This document shows, piece by piece, positions 1 to 9,214 of a stretch of 64,000 nucleotides of DNA. The DNA comes from a virus. Under the pieces are notes generated by a model. The model was not told the origin of the DNA, searched no databases, and saw nothing but the letters and a program-made list of their open reading frames with translations. A program made the translations under genes and the position numbers. Numbering within the stretch: position 1 is the first letter of the stretch; each line of letters begins with the position of its first letter. The stretch lies in the IMG/VR virus record IMGVR_UViG_3300045988_067909; one strand, given 5' to 3'.

Positions 1-367
1 GCATCAAAATATATGTCAACTAAATAGAGCTATTGCTGAAGTCGCAAGAGAGTTTATGGAAGACTGGAAATATAATACTTCTGGAATCTACAATAAGAAG
101 ATTAAAAAGAATATTGTAGAGTCTACTAGTATTATGAATAGTCTTTATAATAAGCTTAAAAGAACCTATACTATTACTGACGGAAATAGGCCAACCGTTA
201 AGTCTTTTATGACAGCATATGGTAGAGATTATATTTGTGAGCGCAAAGAGCCTCCTGAAAAGTTGAGAAAACTATATGAAAGATTTAGAATGATTCTCGG
301 AGGAAACAATGGAAAACTTTACAACAGTGTACAGCAAACCACAAGCTGTAACAATGCTACTGACTAA
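1..367 (+). CDS. hypothetical protein, 5'-truncated at window edge
   Basis: ORF 56..367 stays open in frame back to nt 2 (no stop), so the gene probably starts upstream of the window. Overlaps the next gene by 59 nt in another frame. No recognisable motif. Confidence 0.4.
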   Translation, partial: HQNICQLNRAIAEVAREFMEDWKYNTSGIYNKKIKKNIVESTSIMNSLYNKLKRTYTITDGNRPTVKSFMTAYGRDYICERKEPPEKLRKLYERFRMILGGNNGKLYNSVQQTTSCNNATD

Positions 368-1661
368 TGATTGTAACTTAGCATGTAGCTACTGCTTTGA
401 ATCTAATAAGGGTAAAGACTATATGCCAAAAGAAATGGCATTAGATATTCTTAAGGCTACATACAACCAAGTAGACCCAATGGCTGGTATATTCACTTTA
501 AACATGTTTGGTGGAGAACCATTAATGAATTGGGAGACTTTTAAAGCTGTATGTGATTATGTCTTAGAGAATAACCTTAAGATTCGTATTACTGCAACAA
601 CTAACCTGACTTTACTTACTGATGAAATGATTGATTATATCGATGAGCTATCTATTCCTGTATTAGTATCTGTAGATGGTATCAAAGAAGTTCATGATAA
701 GCATAGATGTAATAGTTTCGATAAAGTTATTGAGAATATGAAAAAGCTTATTGATAGAGACTTAGGATATCTTATTGAAGCACGTATGACAGTTGCTCCA
801 GATACAGCTAAATATATGTATGAATCAGTTAAGATGCTAGTTGACTTAGGTATTAATAATATTGCTAATGTACCAGCATCTGACTTAGAATGGGATGCTC
901 AATCTATTCAAGATTACAAAGATAATTACGAGAAGATTCTTGATATGTATATCGATATACTGAACGATGAATCTAATAAACGTAATATCTCTCTATATAA
1001 AGTAGACCAAGCATTAAATCTAGCATTAGAGCCTATTAAAGAAGATACTTCTATGTGTAATATTGGCAACCCTAGATGGGTTATTGTAGACTGGAAAGGT
1101 GATATTTGGCCTTGTCCTGATTATCCGACTACAGATAATGTAGATTTGATTGCTGGTAAGATTGGCAACTTCTATACTGGTGTAGATGAAACTAAAGTTG
1201 ACCCTAAGCCTATGGTTGCTACATATGAACTAGAACGTTGTAAGGGATGTGAAGCTATCTCTATTTGTAAGTCTGGTTGTCCTTATGAGAACTATACTAA
1301 GAATGGTAAGTTTAATGAACCAACCATTGGTTACTGCACTTTACAGAAAGCTTTTGTAGAAATCATTAAAGCTTATCAAGATAAGTTACTTGAAGCAACT
1401 AATATCCGTTCTAGACAGCTAAATGTCTTAATTGAAAATCTTAAAGTCAAGAAGTACTATGATGAGAAAGTTAAGACTATTAGTATTACTGATAGAGAAT
1501 TTGGCGTAAGATTAAATCATTTCGTTGAGAAGTATGAGAATCTAAATAATAAAGGTAATGTATTACCTAGTTTTGATACATATTTTAAACATGAGCTAAT
1601 GACTGTGAATGCTATTATTGCAGCATTGGTTGGTAAAAAAGTTGAGTTTGTGGAGGATTAA
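309..1661 (+). CDS. radical SAM enzyme with C-terminal SPASM domain (protein/peptide-modifying maturase family)
   Basis: RBS GGAGGAAACA before ATG 309. CxxxCxxC (CNLACSYC) at nt 372-395. Gly-rich 'MFGGEPL' SAM-binding motif. C-terminal 7-8 Cys including the canonical SPASM CxxCx5Cx3C (CKGCEAISICKSGC, nt 1239-1280). No N-terminal RRE-like extension. Confidence 0.85.
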   Translation: MENFTTVYSKPQAVTMLLTNDCNLACSYCFESNKGKDYMPKEMALDILKATYNQVDPMAGIFTLNMFGGEPLMNWETFKAVCDYVLENNLKIRITATTNLTLLTDEMIDYIDELSIPVLVSVDGIKEVHDKHRCNSFDKVIENMKKLIDRDLGYLIEARMTVAPDTAKYMYESVKMLVDLGINNIANVPASDLEWDAQSIQDYKDNYEKILDMYIDILNDESNKRNISLYKVDQALNLALEPIKEDTSMCNIGNPRWVIVDWKGDIWPCPDYPTTDNVDLIAGKIGNFYTGVDETKVDPKPMVATYELERCKGCEAISICKSGCPYENYTKNGKFNEPTIGYCTLQKAFVEIIKAYQDKLLEATNIRSRQLNVLIENLKVKKYYDEKVKTISITDREFGVRLNHFVEKYENLNNKGNVLPSFDTYFKHELMTVNAIIAALVGKKVEFVED

Positions 1662-1667
1662 TTTTAC

Positions 1668-3386
1668 ATGCCAACACAAGTAAAAAGAGGGAATACTGTT
1701 GAATACAGTATTCCCGATAAAATAGACAGAACCAAAGATAATATAGTAGCTAAAGCACCATTAGTTGCTATAGCTAGTGCAATAGCTGTCAATCTTAAAG
1801 AAGCTAAAGCATTAGAACGTGTACGATCTGGTTTTGGTTCTCCGGAGAATCGTATACGACGTGTAGTTGATGCTGGTGATGAAGTACAACGATTTAGTGA
1901 TAGTATCGTTATAGATGAATCACTTAAAGCATCTAGTATGAATATGCTATTAGGTATGGCATCTGAATTGATAAACAGTACAGTTGGTATTAGTGAATCA
2001 ATGGAGGGATATACTGTAGTTAAATATACCACACCTGGTAGATTTACTTGGAATGCTCCTAGGGGGACTAAGACAGTATTACTAGGTTTATGTGGTGGTG
2101 GTGGATCCATGGGTGCTAGTGGTGAATCTACGAGTTTCAATGAAGCCATTGTTAATGGTGGTAATAATATCTTTATTGATAACTTGCTAGCTGGTGTAAC
2201 TGGTTATCAAGTATCTTTATTTGAAAGCAGATTTGGTTACTATGGTAGACCAGAATCTTCTACTGATTGGTATACTAATCGTTCTGGTATGCACTGGGGT
2301 AGACAGAACTCGGGATTACCTGGTGATTTTATGACTACAGTTTTAAACGTTAAAAGTGGTTCTGCTCAATCTATTGTAGTCGGTGGTCCTGGTGCACCAA
2401 GATGGTATGGTGATGCTAATAGAAAATCTACTCAAGGGTTTGTATACTTAGCATATAAAACAGATGGTGATGATGAACCATATGGTTTAGATAAAGTATA
2501 TACTGTACCTGGCGACTATGAATATACAGTACCAGCAGGTGTACGTAAAATATCTGTAGTCTTAATTGGTGGTGGTGCATTTACTATTAGTGGTACTGTC
2601 GAAAATAAAGTTGAAATCTATGAATATATGGGTCGCTATATCAAACAAGGTGATTTTAGAAATTTCCCAGCTCAAAGCTATAAGCATCTAGATAGAGTTC
2701 TTGATGAATTAAACTATACTGGACCATTTACTAGATATGATAATCCACGTCAAGGTAGTTGGAAACAAACTAGATATAGGGCTCCACATAATTACCAAGT
2801 AGTAGGCTATATTCCATCACACTTACCTGGTGCTAATGGTGAACAATCTAAGTTTGGTGATATCGTAGCTAATGGTGGCGACCGAGATAATATCTCTTAC
2901 ACCACAGATACTGGTTGGAATCTTAATTTTGATGCACAAACAGGACCAACAGGGCGTGGTATGTTTAAAGATAGCATTAACCAAAAAGTTGGCGGTCCAG
3001 GTGAATATAAACGTGTAGTATTAGATGTATATCCTGGGCAAAAGTTTAATGTACATGTAGGACGTGGTGCAAAATACGAATCTGATGGTTCTTTTAAAGC
3101 TAGTGATGGTGCTGTTGGTATAATGAACGGTGATTATCGTGAAACGTCTAGTGGTTTATTTAGAGCTATGGCTCCGGGAGACTTGTATACTGGTGCGACA
3201 TTGAATCTTATGATTAGTAACTTACATGTTTTAAATAAAGCATTCAATGATTTAGAAAATAAGTATTGGGAAAATGACTTATGTAAGACATCTTGTCAAG
3301 TATCTTGCCAGGCTTCTTGTCAAATCGCATGTCAAAACTGTCAATATGATACTTGCCACAATCAAAATTGTGGGGGGTGGTCGTAA
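1668..3386 (+). CDS. 572-aa Gly-rich protein ending in a Cys-Gln ladder (CKTSCQVSCQASCQIACQNCQYDTCHNQNCGGWS); putative rSAM substrate
   Basis: ATG 1668 lies 7 nt after the rSAM stop. GGAGG RBS. Last 34 aa (nt 3282-3383) hold 8 Cys, 5 of them in a C-Q-x-x register. Internal GGGG/GGPGAP segments. Confidence 0.8.
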   Translation: MPTQVKRGNTVEYSIPDKIDRTKDNIVAKAPLVAIASAIAVNLKEAKALERVRSGFGSPENRIRRVVDAGDEVQRFSDSIVIDESLKASSMNMLLGMASELINSTVGISESMEGYTVVKYTTPGRFTWNAPRGTKTVLLGLCGGGGSMGASGESTSFNEAIVNGGNNIFIDNLLAGVTGYQVSLFESRFGYYGRPESSTDWYTNRSGMHWGRQNSGLPGDFMTTVLNVKSGSAQSIVVGGPGAPRWYGDANRKSTQGFVYLAYKTDGDDEPYGLDKVYTVPGDYEYTVPAGVRKISVVLIGGGAFTISGTVENKVEIYEYMGRYIKQGDFRNFPAQSYKHLDRVLDELNYTGPFTRYDNPRQGSWKQTRYRAPHNYQVVGYIPSHLPGANGEQSKFGDIVANGGDRDNISYTTDTGWNLNFDAQTGPTGRGMFKDSINQKVGGPGEYKRVVLDVYPGQKFNVHVGRGAKYESDGSFKASDGAVGIMNGDYRETSSGLFRAMAPGDLYTGATLNLMISNLHVLNKAFNDLENKYWENDLCKTSCQVSCQASCQIACQNCQYDTCHNQNCGGWS

Positions 3387-4561
3387 TGAAGATATTTATG
3401 ACAGATGAATTATATGACTATATTAAGACTCGACCAGATTTTAATGAATTCCAAACAGCTTATGATAAACTTACTTATGGTGAAACTATAAGAGAAGAGC
3501 TAGAAGCACAGTATAATTCTATGACTTCAGGAGAATTAGCTGAGTATCTTAATAAAGTCAAATCTGAAGTAGCAGATAGACCAGATTTAGTTAGATATAT
3601 AAACTATACATCTGATATATCAGTACAGACTCTAATGACTATAGTTAATGATACTAGTCTACCTAAAAAAGATAAGATGTATGCATTACTAAGATTATTC
3701 ACTTATAGTTATGCTGATGGTATCCATTTTGAATATGTAGTTGATTTTGTCACTATGTATAATGCTATGAGTGCTGAAGAGTTGGCTACATTACCTAGCT
3801 ATATTCATGTAAACTATATTGAATTGAATGGCTATTATTTGTATAAGACTATGCAAGATAACCATGAGACTTTCGATACAACTGCTTATGATAAACTAGT
3901 AGAGCATTATAAAACAGTCAAAGAGAAAGTTAAACCATATTATAGTGATGCTGATGTAATAGATAATATATGGCTTGAAGTCCAAGCTTACTTTATTAGA
4001 CTATTACATAATGACTTAACTAATACTGCTATAGATATCATCTTAGAACGTATTAATCTAGACCATGAAAAGCTAACCAATAAATACAAATATGTATCTT
4101 TAGGTGTCATGTGGCTATATGAAATGTATATGGAAACTAGTTTTAATGCTAGTAACTATCATGGGTTTATCTTATGGGCATTTAAACTATTTAGATATAT
4201 AGATAGTGCATTAGCTGATCATGATAACCTATTTGATGGTTTAAGATTCTATGATAAAGTTAATATTATAGCATTTGCTATTATAGTTAGACGTCTTCTT
4301 AATATTAAAGAAGTCTTCATTTCAATAGTTCAATTACGTTTATTTAACTTAGACTTTACTGATGAATTATTCTTAGCTGGTGAGGGTGTAACTAATGTAA
4401 ATCTTACATCTAAGCCATCTAGAGATGCTATGTTGTCTTTTAAGAATTACGTAGACGTATGGTTTAATAATAATAAGCCTAAGCTAATTCAGCTTAGAGA
4501 TGATTCGGCAACTATGGAAGACTTCCGTGCTATTATTCGTGATTACTTACATTCAGTCTAG
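3386..4561 (+). CDS. hypothetical protein (391 aa), partner gene inside the rSAM operon
   Basis: ATG at 3386 overlaps the upstream stop (TAATG). The track start 3353 is a TTG. No recognisable motif. Confidence 0.7.
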   Translation: MKIFMTDELYDYIKTRPDFNEFQTAYDKLTYGETIREELEAQYNSMTSGELAEYLNKVKSEVADRPDLVRYINYTSDISVQTLMTIVNDTSLPKKDKMYALLRLFTYSYADGIHFEYVVDFVTMYNAMSAEELATLPSYIHVNYIELNGYYLYKTMQDNHETFDTTAYDKLVEHYKTVKEKVKPYYSDADVIDNIWLEVQAYFIRLLHNDLTNTAIDIILERINLDHEKLTNKYKYVSLGVMWLYEMYMETSFNASNYHGFILWAFKLFRYIDSALADHDNLFDGLRFYDKVNIIAFAIIVRRLLNIKEVFISIVQLRLFNLDFTDELFLAGEGVTNVNLTSKPSRDAMLSFKNYVDVWFNNNKPKLIQLRDDSATMEDFRAIIRDYLHSV

Positions 4562-4577
4562 GAGGTGATAGTTAATT

Positions 4578-5780
4578 ATGGCAGATATAGAATTTAATAT
4601 GAATAACCGCTATAGATGGACTATCCCTGATATTCCATATGTAGTTAAGAAAGATAATAAAACAACAACTGAGATACCTAATAATGTAGATATAGCTTTT
4701 GATAGACACTTTGTGGATACTACAGTACGTGGATTAGTAGAATCCTATCAAACTTGTGTAGCTATATATGCTGAAATGAAACAGTTGTCATATAATCCAA
4801 CTGTAGATGCTAAGGGTAGAAACTATTGGGAATCTAGTACACCAAAGTATCAACAAAACCAAGAAGCTAATATAGATACAGATCACTCTAATAAGATGAA
4901 CTTTAACAATCCATCTTCTGGAGATCATTTACATCCATCTCGTATTGTAGATCTAAATCAACTATTATCTTCTAGTACACAGGTAGAGAGTAATACATTA
5001 GAGAATATATTAGACTTCTATGGTGTATATCATCCAAGTATTGGTGGTGGGTCTACTAATATAACTGAACGTATCGTTTTAAGTAATGATAATGCAGAGC
5101 CACCTAAGATGGAACTTGTAGATGCATTTAGAGATGCTAATGGTAATACTAAGTTCCCAGCTAGAACTGATGGTCAAAGTTATAATCAACCAATTAAACT
5201 AGAATGGTTTGCTAGACTTAGAGAGAATCTAATTAATACATCTAACTTCTTCATTAAGAATAATGGTAAGTTTTATGATGTAAATGGATATTGTGTTGTA
5301 GGATGTCAAGTAAACTGTCAGTCCACATGTCAATTGACTTGTCAACATAGACAATTGGGTGATGATTTCTTAAATAAAACATTCTTAGAGTGGAATGAAG
5401 ATCTACAAACTATATACAAACTAGGTTGGCAAACATATGACCACCCAGACCATGACCATAATGTATACATATTCTTCTATGACCCATGGGGTAGACGTTG
5501 GATGTATCGTAATACTAGATACTATGGAGATGGTTATTATCTATTACCAGATCAAAATGATATATACTCTATACGTCCTACACATCATGCGGATGATAAC
5601 ATGAATCTAGAGTGGTATCCTGGTGCGCCATATGATAACCCTAAACAATATCATTGGGAGATGGTACGTAATATACATACAGGTAAAAATGACTTGGTTA
5701 ATAAACTAGACCCACATTGGAATGATGCTGGTAATTACTATGTATCAGATGGTTATTGCCATAGCTGTGATAATAGATAG
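4578..5780 (+). CDS. 400-aa protein with internal Cys-Gln ladder CVVGCQVNCQSTCQLTCQ; putative rSAM substrate, paralog A
   Basis: Perfect RBS GGAGGTGATAGTTAATT-ATG. Ladder at nt 5292-5345. His/aromatic-rich C-terminal half (HPDHDHN, WYPGAP). Confidence 0.8.
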   Translation: MADIEFNMNNRYRWTIPDIPYVVKKDNKTTTEIPNNVDIAFDRHFVDTTVRGLVESYQTCVAIYAEMKQLSYNPTVDAKGRNYWESSTPKYQQNQEANIDTDHSNKMNFNNPSSGDHLHPSRIVDLNQLLSSSTQVESNTLENILDFYGVYHPSIGGGSTNITERIVLSNDNAEPPKMELVDAFRDANGNTKFPARTDGQSYNQPIKLEWFARLRENLINTSNFFIKNNGKFYDVNGYCVVGCQVNCQSTCQLTCQHRQLGDDFLNKTFLEWNEDLQTIYKLGWQTYDHPDHDHNVYIFFYDPWGRRWMYRNTRYYGDGYYLLPDQNDIYSIRPTHHADDNMNLEWYPGAPYDNPKQYHWEMVRNIHTGKNDLVNKLDPHWNDAGNYYVSDGYCHSCDNR

Positions 5781-5796
5781 GAGGTGATAGTTAATT

Positions 5797-6921
5797 ATGG
5801 CAGATATAGAATTTAATATGAACGATCGCTATAAATGGACTATCCCTGATATCCCATATATAGTGAAGAAAGATAACAAAATCACTACAGAAATCCCAGC
5901 TGATGTAGATATAGCTTTTGATAGACACTTTGTGGATACTACTGTACGTGGATTAGTAGAATCCTATCAAACTTGCGTAGCTATATATGCTGAGATGAGT
6001 CAGCTGGTATATAATCCACAAACCAACCGTCAAGGTAATAACTACTGGGATGGCAATAATAGATTTAGACAAAACCAAGAGAATAATGTAGACTTAGACC
6101 ATGCTAATAAGATGAACTTTACTAATCCACATAAAGAACCACATAGTTCAGGTACACGTATAGCAAATCTAAATTCTATACTCAATGATCCAGATGGTGT
6201 TAGAGAAGATAATCTAGAATCTATACTAGATTATTATAGAACCTATAATTCTGATACTAATGGTGGTATATCTGTAGACTTGTCTATGAATATATTAAAT
6301 AATGGATTAAAAGCAGAAGCACCAGCATATATACAAGTAGATGCATTTAGAGATGCTAATAGCAATACTAAATTCCCTGCTAGAACTGATGGTCAAAGCT
6401 ATAATCAACCTATAAAATTGGAATGGTTTGCTAGACTACGTGAGAATCTCATTAATACATCTAACTTCTTCATTAAGAATAATGGTAAGTTTTATGATAA
6501 TGGTGGTTTCTGTGTTATAGGTTGTCAGGTTAACTGTCAATCTACATGTCAATTGACCTGCCAGCATAGACAGCTAGGTGACGATTTCTTAAATTATACT
6601 AAGCTTGAACGTTATGAGCATGCTGAGATTATTAAGAAATTAGGTTGGCCAGACTTCCGTGGACGTAATGGTAATGAGTCATTAAACTATTATGACCCCT
6701 GGGGACGTATATGGCGTTGGTATGTATTTGCTAAACAAGGTTATGGTGCATACTATTTAGGTCATGAACCGCATGACAATTATTGGTATTTTGAAAATAA
6801 TATCGGTTGGTATCCTGGTGCTCCGTTTGATAGACCTGCTGGTGTAAACCCAGATGGTAGCATACCAACACCAAAACGTGATCCTGATTATGATCCTTGT
6901 GCTGGTTGTGAAAATAGATAG
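5797..6921 (+). CDS. 374-aa paralog B of the preceding gene, with Cys-Gln ladder CVIGCQVNCQSTCQLTCQ
   Basis: Identical RBS/leader sequence (ggaggtgatagttaattatggcagatatagaatttaatatgaa). N-terminal ~60 aa about 90% identical to paralog A. Ladder at nt 6511-6564. Divergent middle and C-terminal regions. Confidence 0.8.
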   Translation: MADIEFNMNDRYKWTIPDIPYIVKKDNKITTEIPADVDIAFDRHFVDTTVRGLVESYQTCVAIYAEMSQLVYNPQTNRQGNNYWDGNNRFRQNQENNVDLDHANKMNFTNPHKEPHSSGTRIANLNSILNDPDGVREDNLESILDYYRTYNSDTNGGISVDLSMNILNNGLKAEAPAYIQVDAFRDANSNTKFPARTDGQSYNQPIKLEWFARLRENLINTSNFFIKNNGKFYDNGGFCVIGCQVNCQSTCQLTCQHRQLGDDFLNYTKLERYEHAEIIKKLGWPDFRGRNGNESLNYYDPWGRIWRWYVFAKQGYGAYYLGHEPHDNYWYFENNIGWYPGAPFDRPAGVNPDGSIPTPKRDPDYDPCAGCENR

Positions 6922-6926
6922 AATAT

Positions 6927-7967
6927 ATGAATAACGATTATAAAGAAATATACCTAATGCTTACTGAGGCTTGCCCTAATAGATGTGAGTATTGTTATAT
7001 TAAGGGTAGAGATAACCCTAAGAGTATGACATTTGAACAGATTGAAGAAATAATACGTGTAGAAAAACCTACACGTATTATATTCTTTGGTGGTGAACCA
7101 TTGCTCAAGATAGATCTAATAGAGCAAGTATTAGAGAAGTATTATGGTAAGATTAAATTCCAAGTAGTCACATCTACTGTAGTTAATTTTAAAGAGTTTA
7201 TTGAATTAGATAAGAAGTATCCATTTAGTGAGATACAGTTATCATGGGATGGTTTCTCAGATAAGAACCGTGTTGATACTTGTGGTAATTCTATATCTAA
7301 GACAGTATATGACAATATCCAATATGCTATATCTCAAGGAACTAAGTTTGATGTAAAGTGTGTTATTGGTAATGAGAATATACAAATCTTTGATGAGATA
7401 CATGAGACTTTCGTAGAATGGAAGAAGAAGTATAATGTCAATGGTGAGTTTGTATTAGCACATAGACCATACTATGCACCAGAATATTTAGAGTTATTCC
7501 GTGAGAAGTATAAGAAGACATTCACTCTAGAGAGAATGTATATGGAACATATGAATCGTATTATAGCTATCTTACAAGATGATGATAACTTTGGTTCATG
7601 TGATGTCGGTAAGTATAAGGTTATTACACCATATGGTGAAGAATCTTACTGTACAGCATTATCTCAAGAAGAGACTGAGTTTGATAAGGATATCTTACAA
7701 GCACCATGTACATCTCCAGATTGTAAGATATGTAAATACAAATGTATTTGTGATGGTGGGTGTAGATATGAACGCTATGCTCAGTTTGGTGATAAGTGGA
7801 GAGAAAACCACTTAGATGCTACATGTCAAATGTCTGAAATCATATATACTACTATTAGAGAATGGATAGACTCTTTAGATGATGATGACTATGAAAAACT
7901 ATTAGCTTACGTTAGAAGCTATAAAGATCATTTAGAACGATACCATCAGGAGGTTACTCACGAATGA
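6927..7967 (+). CDS. radical SAM/SPASM enzyme 2
   Basis: CxxxCxxC (CPNRCEYC) at nt 6972-6995. 'FFGGEPL' motif. C-terminal CKICKYKCICDGGC fits the SPASM CxxCx5Cx3C. Confidence 0.8.
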   Translation: MNNDYKEIYLMLTEACPNRCEYCYIKGRDNPKSMTFEQIEEIIRVEKPTRIIFFGGEPLLKIDLIEQVLEKYYGKIKFQVVTSTVVNFKEFIELDKKYPFSEIQLSWDGFSDKNRVDTCGNSISKTVYDNIQYAISQGTKFDVKCVIGNENIQIFDEIHETFVEWKKKYNVNGEFVLAHRPYYAPEYLELFREKYKKTFTLERMYMEHMNRIIAILQDDDNFGSCDVGKYKVITPYGEESYCTALSQEETEFDKDILQAPCTSPDCKICKYKCICDGGCRYERYAQFGDKWRENHLDATCQMSEIIYTTIREWIDSLDDDDYEKLLAYVRSYKDHLERYHQEVTHE

Positions 7968-9214
7968 TTGACTTTTTACCTGAGCGTATATATAACGCTA
8001 TTAAAGAAGACCAAGAATATGAAAATATCTTAATGTATAGAGAGAATGAATTCCGTAAGCTAATTACGTTCAAAGAATTCTGTCTATATGATAACGTCTT
8101 CATTAAGAATAAAACAAAATGGGAATACTTTACTGGGACTTTACAGAGCCTGGTTAAAAAGTATTGTCCAGAATATATGACTGAACTAGATATTGCTATC
8201 TCTCCTAGGAAAACTAGAGCAGATTATCTCAATATCTACTACAATGATACTAAGATTGACTTTGAAACTAAGCTATTCGTATTATCTAAAATAGCTGATA
8301 TGTCTAAGTATAAAGATGATTACTTTAACTATCTTGGTATGTATTGTAACTTATATGAAAATATTGCTAAGTCTGATGCAGAGAAATACTCTGCTATCAT
8401 TCATTATACATATATACAATATGCTACATTAGCATATGCTAAGACATTGCCTAAAGATTCACAATGTATCTTTAAGATTAAGAAATATCTAGATACATTA
8501 CGTTTTGGATATGGTAATTTATCTGCTGATGCTTTAAACGTTATCTATATCAATACTTTTGTACAATGTATCACATTAGTTCTAGAAGAACTTGAGAATG
8601 ATATGTTAGTTAAAGAGATGCTAGATGATGTACAGTTACCAGAATCACTATTTGAAGTCCAATATGGTAACTATGGTATTACTAGATTAGCATTATGGTA
8701 TAAACTATTTGAGATTAATTTCTCAGTACGAGACTTTGCTAAATGTAAAGAGCTATTCAATAAGATGGTAGATTTAATTGATGGTAATCTTAAAGAACCA
8801 CAATTACTATTCCGTGGTTTATACGTATATAACCAAAATAATATTCCATATTTTTATGGGATATTAAGATTCGTATGTCGAATGCTCGGTGCATATGACC
8901 CAACTCTTACATTATCTAATCTCTCCGAAGAAGATAAACAATTTATCTCCATATATGATTGGGATTCTAGTGACCTATTGATTTCTGATAGACTTACTTC
9001 GGAGATATTCTATAACTATGCTCTTAGAACTAACTTATGGTTCTATAATTCTGCTGAAGCACTTAAAGCATATAAATATTTCGTTTATGAACAAGCTGGA
9101 TTAGAATTACCATCCGAAGATAGAATTCTTAAACCATTAGATGATTTCTTAAGTTCTTTCTTAGATGATGAACCAGCTGAAGAAGTTGTACCAAACCCTA
9201 AGGGTGATAAGTAA
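7964..9214 (+). CDS. hypothetical protein (416 aa), second partner gene in the rSAM operon
   Basis: ATG 7964 overlaps the upstream stop. RBS CAGGAGGT. No motif recognised. Confidence 0.7.
   Translation: MIDFLPERIYNAIKEDQEYENILMYRENEFRKLITFKEFCLYDNVFIKNKTKWEYFTGTLQSLVKKYCPEYMTELDIAISPRKTRADYLNIYYNDTKIDFETKLFVLSKIADMSKYKDDYFNYLGMYCNLYENIAKSDAEKYSAIIHYTYIQYATLAYAKTLPKDSQCIFKIKKYLDTLRFGYGNLSADALNVIYINTFVQCITLVLEELENDMLVKEMLDDVQLPESLFEVQYGNYGITRLALWYKLFEINFSVRDFAKCKELFNKMVDLIDGNLKEPQLLFRGLYVYNQNNIPYFYGILRFVCRMLGAYDPTLTLSNLSEEDKQFISIYDWDSSDLLISDRLTSEIFYNYALRTNLWFYNSAEALKAYKYFVYEQAGLELPSEDRILKPLDDFLSSFLDDEPAEEVVPNPKGDK

Noticed and set aside
3282-6564. Possibility that the CQxxCQ nucleotide repeats are a CRISPR-like or other DNA repeat array
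   Set aside because: Period is 12 nt within coding sequence. No spacer/repeat architecture, and the protein-level periodicity explains it.
3282-6564. Cys ladders as simple zinc-ribbon or metallothionein metal sites with no enzymatic modification
   Set aside because: Not excluded, but three dedicated rSAM/SPASM enzymes co-operonic one-to-one with the three ladder proteins make enzymatic crosslinking the more parsimonious reading. Kept as the main finding with this alternative stated.
7579-7815. 78-aa ORF in an alternative frame inside rSAM gene 6927-7967
   Set aside because: Fully embedded in a well-supported gene, with no RBS. Low-complexity translation typical of an AT-rich off-frame.
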